This document shows positions 52,894 through 63,454 of a stretch of DNA of 64,000 nt, in pieces. Each line of letters opens with the position of its first letter. The first letter of the stretch is position 1. The notes beneath the pieces are model-generated. The model was not told where the DNA came from, did no database searches, and saw only the letters and a list, made by a program, of their open reading frames with translations. Source of the stretch: Naegleria gruberi (lineage: Eukaryota); the NCBI GenBank assembly GCA_000004985.1, contig GG738883.1. One strand, given 5' to 3'. A program made the position numbers and the translations under genes.

Positions 52894-55800
52894 ATGAATT
52901 CCTACCACCAACAATTTATGAAAAAGTTGAAGGAATCTAACGACCAATTAGAAAATACCACAAAGAAATTGTTGGAACAACAAAAGAGTCAGCTGAATGA
53001 TCTCTTCAAGATGAGAGATCTTTTGCTCAATGTTCATAAATCCAAAGTAAATAAGACCACCAATGATTCACTGGAAAAGATGGAAAAAATCATCAATACA
53101 GAAGAAGAAAATCCTAAACCAATTGTAGTTGCCTTCCTTGGTAATGCAGGTGTTGGTAAAAGTAGTTTCATCAATGATATGATTGGTGGTCAACTATTAC
53201 CAAGTTCTTCTGGAAGAATACATGTAACAAAGGCCCTATGTCACTTGAGCTATTCAAACAACATTACAATGGAACCAGTTTTATGTTCAGAAGATGAAGT
53301 GAAGGAAAGATGTGCTGAAACTCACTATGACTATGGTTCTATCAAGCCAGTTAGCATTGTTTCCAAGGTTACAGAGTACAAAACTATCCAAGATTTGACC
53401 ACAGCCATGGTCACATTTCAAAATCAAATGACAGAGAGTGATGTTTACAGAATCAAATTGATTCGAGTTAAAGTACCTCTTCCTAAAATCAAGTCCAAGT
53501 TTGAAGTTATTGATGTACCTGGTATTAATAGTGGTACATTGAGTGGAATATTCGAAAGAATGGCTTTGGAAGCTTGTATACTTTCTGATAGAATTTTATT
53601 ATTCCCAAATAGTTTCAGATCAGAGATTCCAACAGATGTTTTCGAATTCGTCCGTAAAATATTCAGTGACCCAATCATTCAAAAGAATCCAAAAACATTT
53701 AGTTTTTGCCATGGTGGTAGAAGTTTCCAAGAAGCAGATGCTCATAAGGAATATCTTGATTGTCTCCATGATTATAACATATCCAAGATTCATGTTTCAT
53801 TTTGTCAATTACTTTCTAATTACTTTGATTTTAAATTCGATGATATTCCAAAAGCTCCCAATGAGAAACCAGTTAATGATCAAATTGTGTTTGTCGAGAA
53901 TAAGAAAGTAGTATTGGAATTACTAAAGGATAATTTTGTTTCCTTTCCAATTCCACACAACAAGTCAAAAAGCTTGACACATGAAATCAATATCACTCAA
54001 CTCTATTTTGATATCATGCTCAAGAAGGATAGACTTATTCTAGTTGGTAGAATGATTCAATCACTACGGGAGCTAGCCCTGTTGTGCATCCCAAATTTGC
54101 TATTCAAATCCAAGTTTCAAACTGCCAAGAGTAATCAAGATAACAATGTAGAAATTATGGATGGATGTAATGAGGTTGTACATGATATTGTGAGAAAGAT
54201 GCAAAAGGTTTTGAAAAAGCGTGGTGGTTTTAAGAAATCGAATGTCAAATTCCCTACTAATTTCCTTCTTGACGTCCTGTCATCTGAAGTTGTTAAGAAT
54301 TTCAAGGAGAAAGAACATACTCTAATCCAAAACCAATTAGCTCTCATGGAAAAGCACATCAAACTCTTGGGTTCTATCCATTTAATCAAGAGTCAATCTG
54401 GAGATGCTGAGCAAGATTTAAAGAACTTTTCCGAACAAGTTCTTCCACTATTCGATTTAAATCACAAAGATCACATTACATTGGCAACTGAAATGAAAGG
54501 TGTTTTGAATGATTTATTTAAGAGTTTCATTTTGGAACGTAACTTTGAGTATGAACACAAGTTTGATATCAATTTTTGTGATGTCAGAAGAGATGAACAC
54601 AATTCAGGTGTTTTAAAACTTCCAAATAGAATGTTTTCAAGTGTTGAAGACATGACAAGTGCCAAGATAGTTTCAAATGGTGACAGTTTAACAAAGGCAA
54701 ACAAGTATAGAAATGATAAATCTGAAATGCAAGTCAGAAAATTGGAGAGTTCTGTACTTCTTCCAGCTTCTTCACAAAATATAATGGAAATTAATATTAG
54801 AAAGGACAAAATTATTGAGATTGAAGGTGGTGATCAATCATTTGATTCATTTAAGAGCATGTTGCCTTCAAGTACTTTACTCAATCATCATGCAAAAACT
54901 AGAATTGCTCCAACATTCTTCCTTTCCTTAGATGGAACATGTCCAAACCTTGCATTTAATTCATGTTGGGTAAATTACACCTCCGAATCACTTGTCATTA
55001 TTGTTACTCCACATGAATATGTCGATAACTTTGTTGATTTGGTTCAACAACACAATGAGAATGATCAACATAGAGTGATGATATTAAGTGTTTCAGTTGA
55101 GAATGAATTATATTCTGAAGGATCCTTGATGAATGCTGTCTTTGATTTTTCATCATACTTTGATTTTCCAATCATTCATCTTGTCAAACTGAATGTCAAA
55201 AACATTTATGAATATGTCAGTCCATTGAAAGAATACGTTCACAATGAATGGACACCAATTAGATATTTCAGAAGTTCAGAAGCAATTGTTTACAATGAAA
55301 TTAATAGTCTTAGTGATGATAAGAAGCAAGAAATTGCCAAAAAGTTTGTAACCTCAGCAAATGACATTATTTATAAGAATAGTTTGAGATCAGATGAGAG
55401 GATTAATGATTTATCATCTCATTACAATGCGAAGGAAGCACTTGCTGATGTTGAAGGATTTGTTGATTATCTGAGATTAATTGATTCCAAAGTTAATGGA
55501 AATTTGGAAAAGAATTTCAAGCAAAGTTTCTTTTCAAAGAATAAGGCAAGAGTTGGATGTTGGGATGGATTGACTAGAAATATTGATAGAAATAAGATTT
55601 ATTCTAGAAATGGATATAATTACATGATTTCTAATTATGCGACTGCCATTGAAACTTATTTCATGCAAGCTCTAGACAAGATTAGACCAGTTTCTGATAT
55701 TAAATTCACCCAAGATTTGCCAAAAGAGGGATATCAAACCATAGAGAATGGTTTTGACAGCAAAATGATTAGTTTCAGAACTAATATGCTAGCAAATGGT

Positions 55801-55935
55801 GTTGGTGGATTTATTCATTTCGGTTTCAAGTACGATTTGAATCGTTACGAGAAGATGAAACAAAAACAACAAACACCAAAAAGAAAGAAATCAACAAAGA
55901 AGAACAATTTCACATCCAGAAAGAAGAGAAAATAA
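52894..55935 (+). CDS. large P-loop GTPase (1013 aa) of the IRG/dynamin-like class, with a K-rich C-terminal tail
   Basis: VVAFLGNAGVGKSSFINDMIG is a G1 motif; a downstream T and VIDVPGINSG give the G2 and G3 motifs. Confidence 0.6.
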   Translation: MNSYHQQFMKKLKESNDQLENTTKKLLEQQKSQLNDLFKMRDLLLNVHKSKVNKTTNDSLEKMEKIINTEEENPKPIVVAFLGNAGVGKSSFINDMIGGQLLPSSSGRIHVTKALCHLSYSNNITMEPVLCSEDEVKERCAETHYDYGSIKPVSIVSKVTEYKTIQDLTTAMVTFQNQMTESDVYRIKLIRVKVPLPKIKSKFEVIDVPGINSGTLSGIFERMALEACILSDRILLFPNSFRSEIPTDVFEFVRKIFSDPIIQKNPKTFSFCHGGRSFQEADAHKEYLDCLHDYNISKIHVSFCQLLSNYFDFKFDDIPKAPNEKPVNDQIVFVENKKVVLELLKDNFVSFPIPHNKSKSLTHEINITQLYFDIMLKKDRLILVGRMIQSLRELALLCIPNLLFKSKFQTAKSNQDNNVEIMDGCNEVVHDIVRKMQKVLKKRGGFKKSNVKFPTNFLLDVLSSEVVKNFKEKEHTLIQNQLALMEKHIKLLGSIHLIKSQSGDAEQDLKNFSEQVLPLFDLNHKDHITLATEMKGVLNDLFKSFILERNFEYEHKFDINFCDVRRDEHNSGVLKLPNRMFSSVEDMTSAKIVSNGDSLTKANKYRNDKSEMQVRKLESSVLLPASSQNIMEINIRKDKIIEIEGGDQSFDSFKSMLPSSTLLNHHAKTRIAPTFFLSLDGTCPNLAFNSCWVNYTSESLVIIVTPHEYVDNFVDLVQQHNENDQHRVMILSVSVENELYSEGSLMNAVFDFSSYFDFPIIHLVKLNVKNIYEYVSPLKEYVHNEWTPIRYFRSSEAIVYNEINSLSDDKKQEIAKKFVTSANDIIYKNSLRSDERINDLSSHYNAKEALADVEGFVDYLRLIDSKVNGNLEKNFKQSFFSKNKARVGCWDGLTRNIDRNKIYSRNGYNYMISNYATAIETYFMQALDKIRPVSDIKFTQDLPKEGYQTIENGFDSKMISFRTNMLANGVGGFIHFGFKYDLNRYEKMKQKQQTPKRKKSTKKNNFTSRKKRK

Positions 55936-56128
55936 GTGTTGACAACCTGAAGCTGATGATTTCGATATTCTCTTTTTTAACTTGTAAATAAAACAACATG
56001 ACAATTAATTGATTCAAAGCTTTTCATTGATGTGATGAAAATAGAAAATGAGTAGAAAAGAACACAAAATAAATAAAAATATTTTATATTATTAACATTT
56101 ATTACAATGTGTTCTTTGAGTAAATTTC

Positions 56129-59100
56129 TTATAATTTAACTCTCTGAAATCTTCTTTCTGTATCCATCATTACATTTTCAATAACAGTTACCATACTATC
56201 AAATAAATTAAGTGGTATATAATCATGAGTAATTTGTTCAGTTTCGTCTGAGAATATTAATTTAGACATGGCATGAATTTGACTTTGTGTAATATTGAGT
56301 GGTGAAGTTGATGATTCAGATATGAATGTGTTGAATATTTCCTTTGCTATTCTCCTTCTCTCTCTCACTCTATATTCTGTCTTGTATGTAAATTCAACCT
56401 TTTCCCAGAATAGTATATTTTGAGAAGATTGTTCAGTTGAGCAGTAATGTTTAAATTGAGTTCGTAAATCATCTCTTTCAAGTGTTCGTTTTAAAGATGA
56501 TTGAGAAAGATATCTAATCTCTCTCAATTTCAAATCATATTGTAATAAAAGATGATGTTGATATGGTATCAGAGTAACATCTGTACTTCCATTCAGAATC
56601 ATTAAATCTCTTAATAAAGCTATAGCACATTCCAATCTTAATTGTCTATTCTTAATGAGATAGGCAATTATAATAGTATAACTAGCTTCAAATATTTTAA
56701 TTTCATCAAAATCAATACTAGATGTTGAACTAGAATGATTACTGTGAGTAGAAACTGCTTTCATAGAATCATCTGAAATCTTTTCAGATAAAGATGGTGG
56801 ACTAGATGGTGCAAGGAAGAGATTGATTTTCTGTTGAACTAACATGGTCAAATCCTTATCAGATTGAGATGGATTATATTCTGAAATGAGACAATGCTCT
56901 TTAGAATCTTCAATCCATTTCACACATTCGTCTAATTTTTCAAAATTTAATCTATTACTAGCTGGAAGATAAACAACAAGATATTCAATACTTGTGTTAT
57001 AAATCTTGTACGTTTTGAAAATGTACTCGGAAAATCTGTGTGGATCAATACCATCACATAATTTGAATCTTTCATCGGATTCACTAATAATTTGAATAAT
57101 ATGTGTCACTTGCTTGTTTTTCATTTCTTTTGTAATGCTCTTATGTAAGTGTAATAAATTTGAATCACAAAATAGTACAGATTCAAATAGACATGTTGTA
57201 AAACTTGGATTTTCCCAATCAACCTTTTCACATACAGTATATAAATGATTAAATAATGAATAGGTATTAATATTTGTCAATTTAGGTGATATCTTTTTCC
57301 AATCTTGACTAATTTGTTGTTGATCCTTCAATGAAATAAAGTTATATGAACATTCTAGAGTTTTCAATTCATTTAACTTTTTAGTAGAAGAAGCACTATC
57401 AATTTGAATGTTTAAACTTGTTAAACAATTTCTATTCAACTTCAATTCATGTAAATATCTAAAATCTAACCATCTATTTCCTGCAACATGTTCAAAATCA
57501 TGAGTGGTAATACCACAACCACTCAAATTTAAAGTTTCAATATTTTTCAATTGGAATAAACCATCAAATACTTGATTATTCCAATGAATGTCATTATAAC
57601 TTAAATCTAAAACGTATAAAGTTTCAGAGAATAATTCAATACCTTTCAAACATTTAATTCTATTGAAAGATAAATTAATAGTTTCAATACGTTTCAAGAG
57701 AGATAATTCTTGAATACTATTTGCATCTAAAAACATTTTCTCAAAGACCAATTCATTATGGCATAGACATAGATTTTTCAAATATCTCATTCCAGAGAAT
57801 AATTTAGAAGGTAACTTTTTCAAACAATTATAACTCAAATCTAAATGTTTCAATTGAACCATTCCAGTAAGTGTATTATCTTGAATGGATTCTAAATAAT
57901 TGTGAGACAAGTCCAAATAGGTAATAGTAGAATACAATTTTTCAAGCATGCTATTGCTGTTAATAAATCTTAGATTGTTATGACTTAGTTTTAGTGTTTC
58001 AATATTGGATGTAATGTAATCGGTTGGAATTTGTGGTAATTCTTTCAGTCTATTATGAGAAATATCTAAAAAATCAACACTTGATAAACTCATTATCGAT
58101 TGAATAGAACCCTTAATAAAACAATTCTTCATTTCCAACCTTCTCAAGAATGAAAGACCTCTAATAGTTGAAGGTAAATCATCTTCTTGAGTTTCTAATC
58201 CAAATGGTCCATTATTATTCATTCTCAATAATTTAAGTTTTGGAAATCTTCTTAACCATTCTATTGGAAAGTTAACTAAACCACAACTACTAATATCAAT
58301 TTCTGTAATGCTATGATGAAAATGTTCAGAAACAAGGAAACTAGAAACTGTTTGTTTTCGTTGTAATAACAATTCCTTTTCAATATTAATCATATCATCA
58401 TCAGTCTTTCTAATAACTCTTGACATTCTTGGAGAAACTTTTGAAATTGAACCATTAGTTGATGATGATGATGATTGATTTGATGCATTATTATTTGGTG
58501 ATGAAATTGAATTATTTGCTTCATTATTTGGATCAATAATTGTAAATATTTGTGATAAATTCAATGTCGACCTATTACTAATATTAATTAATTGATGAGT
58601 TGATGTTAAATTTGGAGCAGATTTTGAAAGAGTGTCATTATTTGAATGATGGAATTGACCTGAAATGATTACACTTGTACTCGTCGTATTGAGTGACATG
58701 TTTAAAGAAAAATCCGATTCATGACTAAATAAACTAGGATTTGCACTCAAATCTAAAGTTTCCAATAAACGTAAATCATCTAAACACTGTGGATAACCTC
58801 CATAAAGTCTATTATTACTTAAATTCAAGTAAATTAAAGAATTTGCAAGTGGTTTGTGTTGTTTGCTTGATATTTTCTCATTATGAAACTCTGCTGTTAA
58901 ATTACGTGAAGATTCAGATGATTTCTTTTTTAAACCACCCTTCTTGAAAGAAATACCTAAAAAGTTCTCAATTTGATTGAATGAATAATCTAAATGTGTT
59001 AATTGTTTCATCTTTCTCAAAGGTTCACTAAATTGTGTAAATAAATTGTGAGATAAATTTAGAATTTTTAAACTTTTCATCTTGTTAATTTTCTCTGGAA

Positions 59101-59281
59101 CTTGATCCAAACTATTTTGTGATAAATTGAGAGAAAGTAAATGATTTCTCAAACTATCATCATCACAAATTATTTTAAATTGTTTCTTTGATATGTTACA
59201 ATTAATGAGTGAGAGATTTTTCAAGTAATTATTCAATTTTGAATGATGATTCCATTTACCAAATTGTGAATTTGATGCCAT
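56129..59281 (-). CDS. leucine-rich-repeat protein with a C-terminal RGS (regulator of G-protein signalling) domain (1050 aa)
   Basis: There are multiple LxxLxLxxN LRRs in two blocks. The RGS core reads FKHYCSTEQSSQNILFWEKVEFTYK...IHAMSKLIF...IPLNLFDSM. Confidence 0.7.
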   Translation of the reverse strand: MASNSQFGKWNHHSKLNNYLKNLSLINCNISKKQFKIICDDDSLRNHLLSLNLSQNSLDQVPEKINKMKSLKILNLSHNLFTQFSEPLRKMKQLTHLDYSFNQIENFLGISFKKGGLKKKSSESSRNLTAEFHNEKISSKQHKPLANSLIYLNLSNNRLYGGYPQCLDDLRLLETLDLSANPSLFSHESDFSLNMSLNTTSTSVIISGQFHHSNNDTLSKSAPNLTSTHQLINISNRSTLNLSQIFTIIDPNNEANNSISSPNNNASNQSSSSSTNGSISKVSPRMSRVIRKTDDDMINIEKELLLQRKQTVSSFLVSEHFHHSITEIDISSCGLVNFPIEWLRRFPKLKLLRMNNNGPFGLETQEDDLPSTIRGLSFLRRLEMKNCFIKGSIQSIMSLSSVDFLDISHNRLKELPQIPTDYITSNIETLKLSHNNLRFINSNSMLEKLYSTITYLDLSHNYLESIQDNTLTGMVQLKHLDLSYNCLKKLPSKLFSGMRYLKNLCLCHNELVFEKMFLDANSIQELSLLKRIETINLSFNRIKCLKGIELFSETLYVLDLSYNDIHWNNQVFDGLFQLKNIETLNLSGCGITTHDFEHVAGNRWLDFRYLHELKLNRNCLTSLNIQIDSASSTKKLNELKTLECSYNFISLKDQQQISQDWKKISPKLTNINTYSLFNHLYTVCEKVDWENPSFTTCLFESVLFCDSNLLHLHKSITKEMKNKQVTHIIQIISESDERFKLCDGIDPHRFSEYIFKTYKIYNTSIEYLVVYLPASNRLNFEKLDECVKWIEDSKEHCLISEYNPSQSDKDLTMLVQQKINLFLAPSSPPSLSEKISDDSMKAVSTHSNHSSSTSSIDFDEIKIFEASYTIIIAYLIKNRQLRLECAIALLRDLMILNGSTDVTLIPYQHHLLLQYDLKLREIRYLSQSSLKRTLERDDLRTQFKHYCSTEQSSQNILFWEKVEFTYKTEYRVRERRRIAKEIFNTFISESSTSPLNITQSQIHAMSKLIFSDETEQITHDYIPLNLFDSMVTVIENVMMDTERRFQRVKL

Positions 59282-59400
59282 ATTACTAAAAAAGTAAAAT
59301 TTAGAATGTAATGATGTTATTTGTAATGTTTCTAAAGTATTATAATCATTTTGTATCTATTATTAAATATTATTATTATTAAATATTATTACATATATTA

Positions 59401-59973
59401 TTAAATATTAAATATTTCATCATTATGATTGTTATTATTATTATTATTATCAGCAAATTTAAAGTTCAATGTTATATTATTATGATTGTTATTATTAAAA
59501 TTCATTATCGCAAATTGTCCATTGTCATCATCATCATTATAAAAGGAAATATTAATGATGTTATTTATATTAATTCTTCTTCTTCTTCTTACCTTTTGAT
59601 AAATATTTTGAGTAAATTCATCCGATTCATTACCATCACGCAATGTTAATTTAATTTCCTTCACCGAATGATTCTGTAAATTTTTATCATTAAATTGTTG
59701 TATGTTACTAATGAGTGTAAATTGTTGTTGTTGTTGTTGGAGTTGTGAATGATGATTTAATGATGAAGATGAGGATAAAGATGATGAAGATGAAGGTAAT
59801 AAACTTAGGCTTGATTGTGTGTTGTTGGATGTTGTTGTTGTTGAAGAGGATGATGAATTTAACGGGGAGGAAAGGATGGAGGATGATGATAAATGTCTCC
59901 TTGCCTTGTTGCCCTGGAAAAAACTCATATTTTTTTTTAATGTTGACAGATGATGAGACAAGTGACTTTTCAT
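59401..59973 (-). CDS. low-complexity S/N/Q-rich hypothetical protein (190 aa)
   Basis: ORF with ATG. Homopolymeric S, N and Q tracts typical of dictyostelid proteins. Weak support. Confidence 0.35.
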   Translation of the reverse strand: MKSHLSHHLSTLKKNMSFFQGNKARRHLSSSSILSSPLNSSSSSTTTTSNNTQSSLSLLPSSSSSLSSSSSLNHHSQLQQQQQQFTLISNIQQFNDKNLQNHSVKEIKLTLRDGNESDEFTQNIYQKVRRRRRININNIINISFYNDDDDNGQFAIMNFNNNNHNNITLNFKFADNNNNNNNHNDEIFNI

Positions 59974-60492
59974 GGTGATGTAAGAATGAGGGAAATAAAG
60001 TTGCCCAACAAGTATTTGTGAAAGTTAATATTCAATTTCTTTTAATGAAGAATGAGATATTTGCAATTTAATATTTCATTGATAAAAATTAAATCCAAAG
60101 TTGAATAAAACCAATCCACTCCTAAACAAACAAGATTAACAACAAACATTTCCAATTTAAATAAAACAAAGATAATTTAATATAGTTAAGGCCTTAACAG
60201 TAATCAAATATTTTCCATTAAATAATTTTAATTGATTTACTTCATTTGTAGATTATCGCCAAAAAATCAACCTGCTATTAATAAATCATCAGTGGCAACA
60301 ATGAATCCAAGAAAGAACACCAAACAACACGTGGAAGGCTTTTTTTCCTCCTTGCTTGAACAAATTGCCGTTGGTGCTAATGAAACTTCAAAAAAAAAGC
60401 CTTTAAAAGAAACGTAACCTCTCTCTCACTTGTTCATCATCGTAATCAACTTTGTCAACTCCGAAACAAAGATAACGTTTTTTTATATTAAA

Positions 60493-61237
60493 ATGATGAA
60501 AAAGTGTGATAAAGAATGTAGTGGTGGATTGAGAAGGAAGATTAAATCTAATAGTGCTGATTTTCAAGTCAAGTTAGCTAGATATACTGAAAAGCAATTA
60601 AATTTAGCATTAAAAGTATCAAACTTTCAACAAACTCAAATCATTGAAATATTATTTGATAATTTGACTCAAGTGATTGACTCGGAATATCAAAATCAAT
60701 TGTCACAATTATCAAATGATTCAATTTCTGCTACTCCTATGAAACAATTCAGAAATGACACTACACAGAATCAATCAAAGTATTTTTACCATATTTTAGC
60801 AGATTACTATTATAATAATCCAAATGAATCAGAAAGATTGCAAAAATTATGTTTAAAACTCTTAACCAATCAATATCTTCCTTCCATATATACAATGCTC
60901 TTTTATAGATGGGTAAGTCAATTTGATTTACAATTTGTGATTTAATTTTCATTTAGATGTTTGATAGTGAATCTCAAAATTTGAGTTTAATTCATATTAA
61001 TATATTTATGAAAGGTGTAAATAGATTATTCTGGTCAGATGTACAAAGTAAAACACTAAGATACAATAGTTTATTTAGAGTAAGTTTTTCTGCTCTACCA
61101 TTCTCAATAATAATTATGATAGTTTATTCAAAATGATATTTTACTGAAAGATAATTTCTCTAGTTTTTTCAATCCTACAAATCCTTATTCATCATTTCAT
61201 GCTAGGAATTATAGTGAAGCAGAGGATGGATATGTGA
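60493..61237 (+). CDS. hypothetical protein, three exons: 60493..60912, 60957..61079 and 61151..61237. It may be the 5' part of one gene with the 61246..62115 ORF.
   Basis: ATG in a TATTAAAATGATG context. The introns are GTAAGT..TTTAG and GTAAGT..CTGAAAG. Exon 3 in this frame ends after a hydrophobic stretch. Adding one T to the T6 run at 61164-61169 would continue into ...NPTNPYSSFHARNYSEAEDGYVTPDMDSKD... and the downstream ORF. Confidence 0.4.
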
Positions 61238-61245
61238 CACCTGAT

Positions 61246-62115
61246 ATGGATTCAAAAGATTTGGAAAATGTAATGAAATCACCTGTAATGGATGAATATA
61301 AAGAAAGAAAATCAATTTCTAACACAATTGAAGATGATGGAACTGTGGTTAATGTACAAAAAGTTATTCAATCGAAAAAAATTGATTTAATAAGCATTGT
61401 TGCTAAATACTATTTCTATTATGAGAATAGAGATTCGAGATACAAACTGAAACCATACATTATGCATTTATCAGAAAAATGTGCTCTAGATCCATCTCAA
61501 ACAACAGATTTTGCTGATGAAATTGAAAAGAAAAACAAGACCTATTCTAAACCTAATGATAAGCTAAGATTGACTAACAAACAAGATGAGAATTACAAAG
61601 TAATGCTTATTCTGATTTCTGACATGTTTGTTAATGAAAATATTTTGCTTTTGTCAACCGTGGATGATGAAGAAATAATTTTGAGCGTGTTAACAAGATG
61701 TCAATTATTCTCAGAGTTGGAAATCACAAACAGGACTATGGTAAAGTTTCAAGCAGCCATCTATGCCTTCACTTGTCCTGGAACACCTAATATTCATACT
61801 TCTAGTTTAATTAGAGCTAAGGCATCCAAAACATTGGATTATCTCTTCCCTAGTGGTAAATATGCAAGATGGTGGTTAAATACATCATTTAGATTGCTCT
61901 ATTATAATTGGCCTGTGTCTTTGTGGAATTGGTCAAAAGAAAAGGTAGCACAAGTATTTGATCTGCCCAACAGAGCTTGGGAGTTTGTAAATTATCATTT
62001 CAATTTCCAACCTGAACTGACCATTCAATACGATACCAAGACATTTTATGATAGTACAGACGAGGAAGATGACCAAAATATTTATTCTATTACTTTCAAT
62101 AGTAGTAACTTGTAA
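61246..62115 (+). CDS. hypothetical protein ORF (290 aa from the first ATG), probably the 3' part of the 60493 gene
   Basis: The long ORF is open from 61123 and has a complex composition. Only 9 nt separate it from the upstream stop. Confidence 0.4.
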   Translation: MDSKDLENVMKSPVMDEYKERKSISNTIEDDGTVVNVQKVIQSKKIDLISIVAKYYFYYENRDSRYKLKPYIMHLSEKCALDPSQTTDFADEIEKKNKTYSKPNDKLRLTNKQDENYKVMLILISDMFVNENILLLSTVDDEEIILSVLTRCQLFSELEITNRTMVKFQAAIYAFTCPGTPNIHTSSLIRAKASKTLDYLFPSGKYARWWLNTSFRLLYYNWPVSLWNWSKEKVAQVFDLPNRAWEFVNYHFNFQPELTIQYDTKTFYDSTDEEDDQNIYSITFNSSNL

Positions 62116-62275
62116 ATAAAATCAGAAAGTAATCATGTCAGAATATGTTACCTCTCTTCAGAATCATGATCACCATATTCAATTCATAAGTTGAATTGTT
62201 CTCTACAGGTTGCAATTGGAATAAGATAGAGAAGGGGAATGGGTTGGATCGTGTTTGTAAATTTTGGAAATTGAC

Positions 62276-63220
62276 CTATTCTATTTTCATTTTTCTTAAT
62301 TCCTTAAAAGCCTCAACATTAGCATATGGTTTACGAGTTAGTGGGTCAATATATTTTGCTGGTAAACCTGTTATTACACATTTGAGTTGTTTCTCCTCCT
62401 TTGGAATATTGAATCTTTTGACTTCCTCATCTGGCATTTTCTGATTAATACATTGTGGAATGCCATGGTTGACAAATTCAATAAGATTTGTTCCCATCTT
62501 TGAAATATATTTAACTCTTGGCTCATATGGATCAATCATCTTTGATTTTGAATCTCTAGCCTTTTTTTTAACATCTTCCTCAGTTTGTCTCAATTTTAAA
62601 AGACTCTTCTTGTTCTCTTCTGTAGTTATTTTTGCCTCTTCCAATAATTCCTCTTGTGTGAATTTTTTCAATTCCTTTGGAGCTTTTGGTGTTTTTGTCT
62701 TTGATGTTTTAGCTTTAATTTTCTCATCTGTAGCCTCTGTAGCTTTCACTGTTGATTGTCTGGAAGATCTCTTCATTTCTACTGGCAAAGTTGTTTTTGG
62801 TGTTTTTGGTGCTTTAGGTGTTTTAGGTTGTTTTTCCACAGTTGATGCTGCTGATTTATCTGTTGATTTCTTCTTCTTTGATTTAGATTCATCCTTGTAT
62901 ACATTCTTTCTCTTTTTAGTTTCTCGTTCTTCTTTAGCAATCTTTTTCTCTACATTATTTGCTCTTTGTTGTTCTCCTTCTTCATCAGAAGTATATTCGT
63001 CCATATCCGAATCTTCATAATCTTGTTCTTCCTCCAATATTTGTTCCGTTGTTTCAAATTCATTGTCTCCTTCATCTTCGGCAAACATGTTCATCTTCCA
63101 AAATTCGTCATCAACATCTTTATCAATTCCTTCAAGTTCTGTCAGTCTTTTACCACGAGTACTTCTTGATGGTAATCTTCTTCTTTCCTCTCCCTCATCC
63201 GATGCTTGTGATGGATCCAT
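62276..63220 (-). CDS. YL1/Vps72 homolog (SWR1/SRCAP-complex subunit) with an acidic N-terminus and a YL1 C-terminal domain (314 aa)
   Basis: The C-terminal block KCVITGLPAKYIDPLTRKPYANVEAFKELR is the YL1_C signature. A highly acidic N-terminus and a K-rich middle region are present. Confidence 0.75.
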   Translation of the reverse strand: MDPSQASDEGEERRRLPSRSTRGKRLTELEGIDKDVDDEFWKMNMFAEDEGDNEFETTEQILEEEQDYEDSDMDEYTSDEEGEQQRANNVEKKIAKEERETKKRKNVYKDESKSKKKKSTDKSAASTVEKQPKTPKAPKTPKTTLPVEMKRSSRQSTVKATEATDEKIKAKTSKTKTPKAPKELKKFTQEELLEEAKITTEENKKSLLKLRQTEEDVKKKARDSKSKMIDPYEPRVKYISKMGTNLIEFVNHGIPQCINQKMPDEEVKRFNIPKEEKQLKCVITGLPAKYIDPLTRKPYANVEAFKELRKMKIE

Positions 63221-63454
63221 TGTTATTGTAATTGATTAATTTTATGATGAGGAAAAGTAAAAGGCTTGTTTTTGTGTGATGAGAATTTTTTCAAGATGTA
63301 ATTTTGGAGGGAATTGGTCGACAATAATTCTTTAGGTGATGATTCAAAATATAAATTTGTTACAAGAATTGTAAAAAGTATTATATGGCAAATCAATCAC
63401 AACAGCAATTCTGCTGTTATTGGCTATGGTTTATTGCAACTATTGATGAGAATA

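Noticed and set aside
16900-61240. Programmed ribosomal frameshifting or genuine pseudogenisation as the explanation for the frame breaks
   Set aside because: There are eight independent breaks and none of them falls outside a short homopolymer. No slippery heptamer or pseudoknot context is present. The affected genes otherwise conserve catalytic motifs. Assembly homopolymer error is the more economical explanation, though it is unproven without reads.
62460-63231. Plus-strand ORFs 62460..63020, 62959..63231 and 62966..63169
   Set aside because: Antisense to the YL1/Vps72 gene. S/F/L low-complexity.
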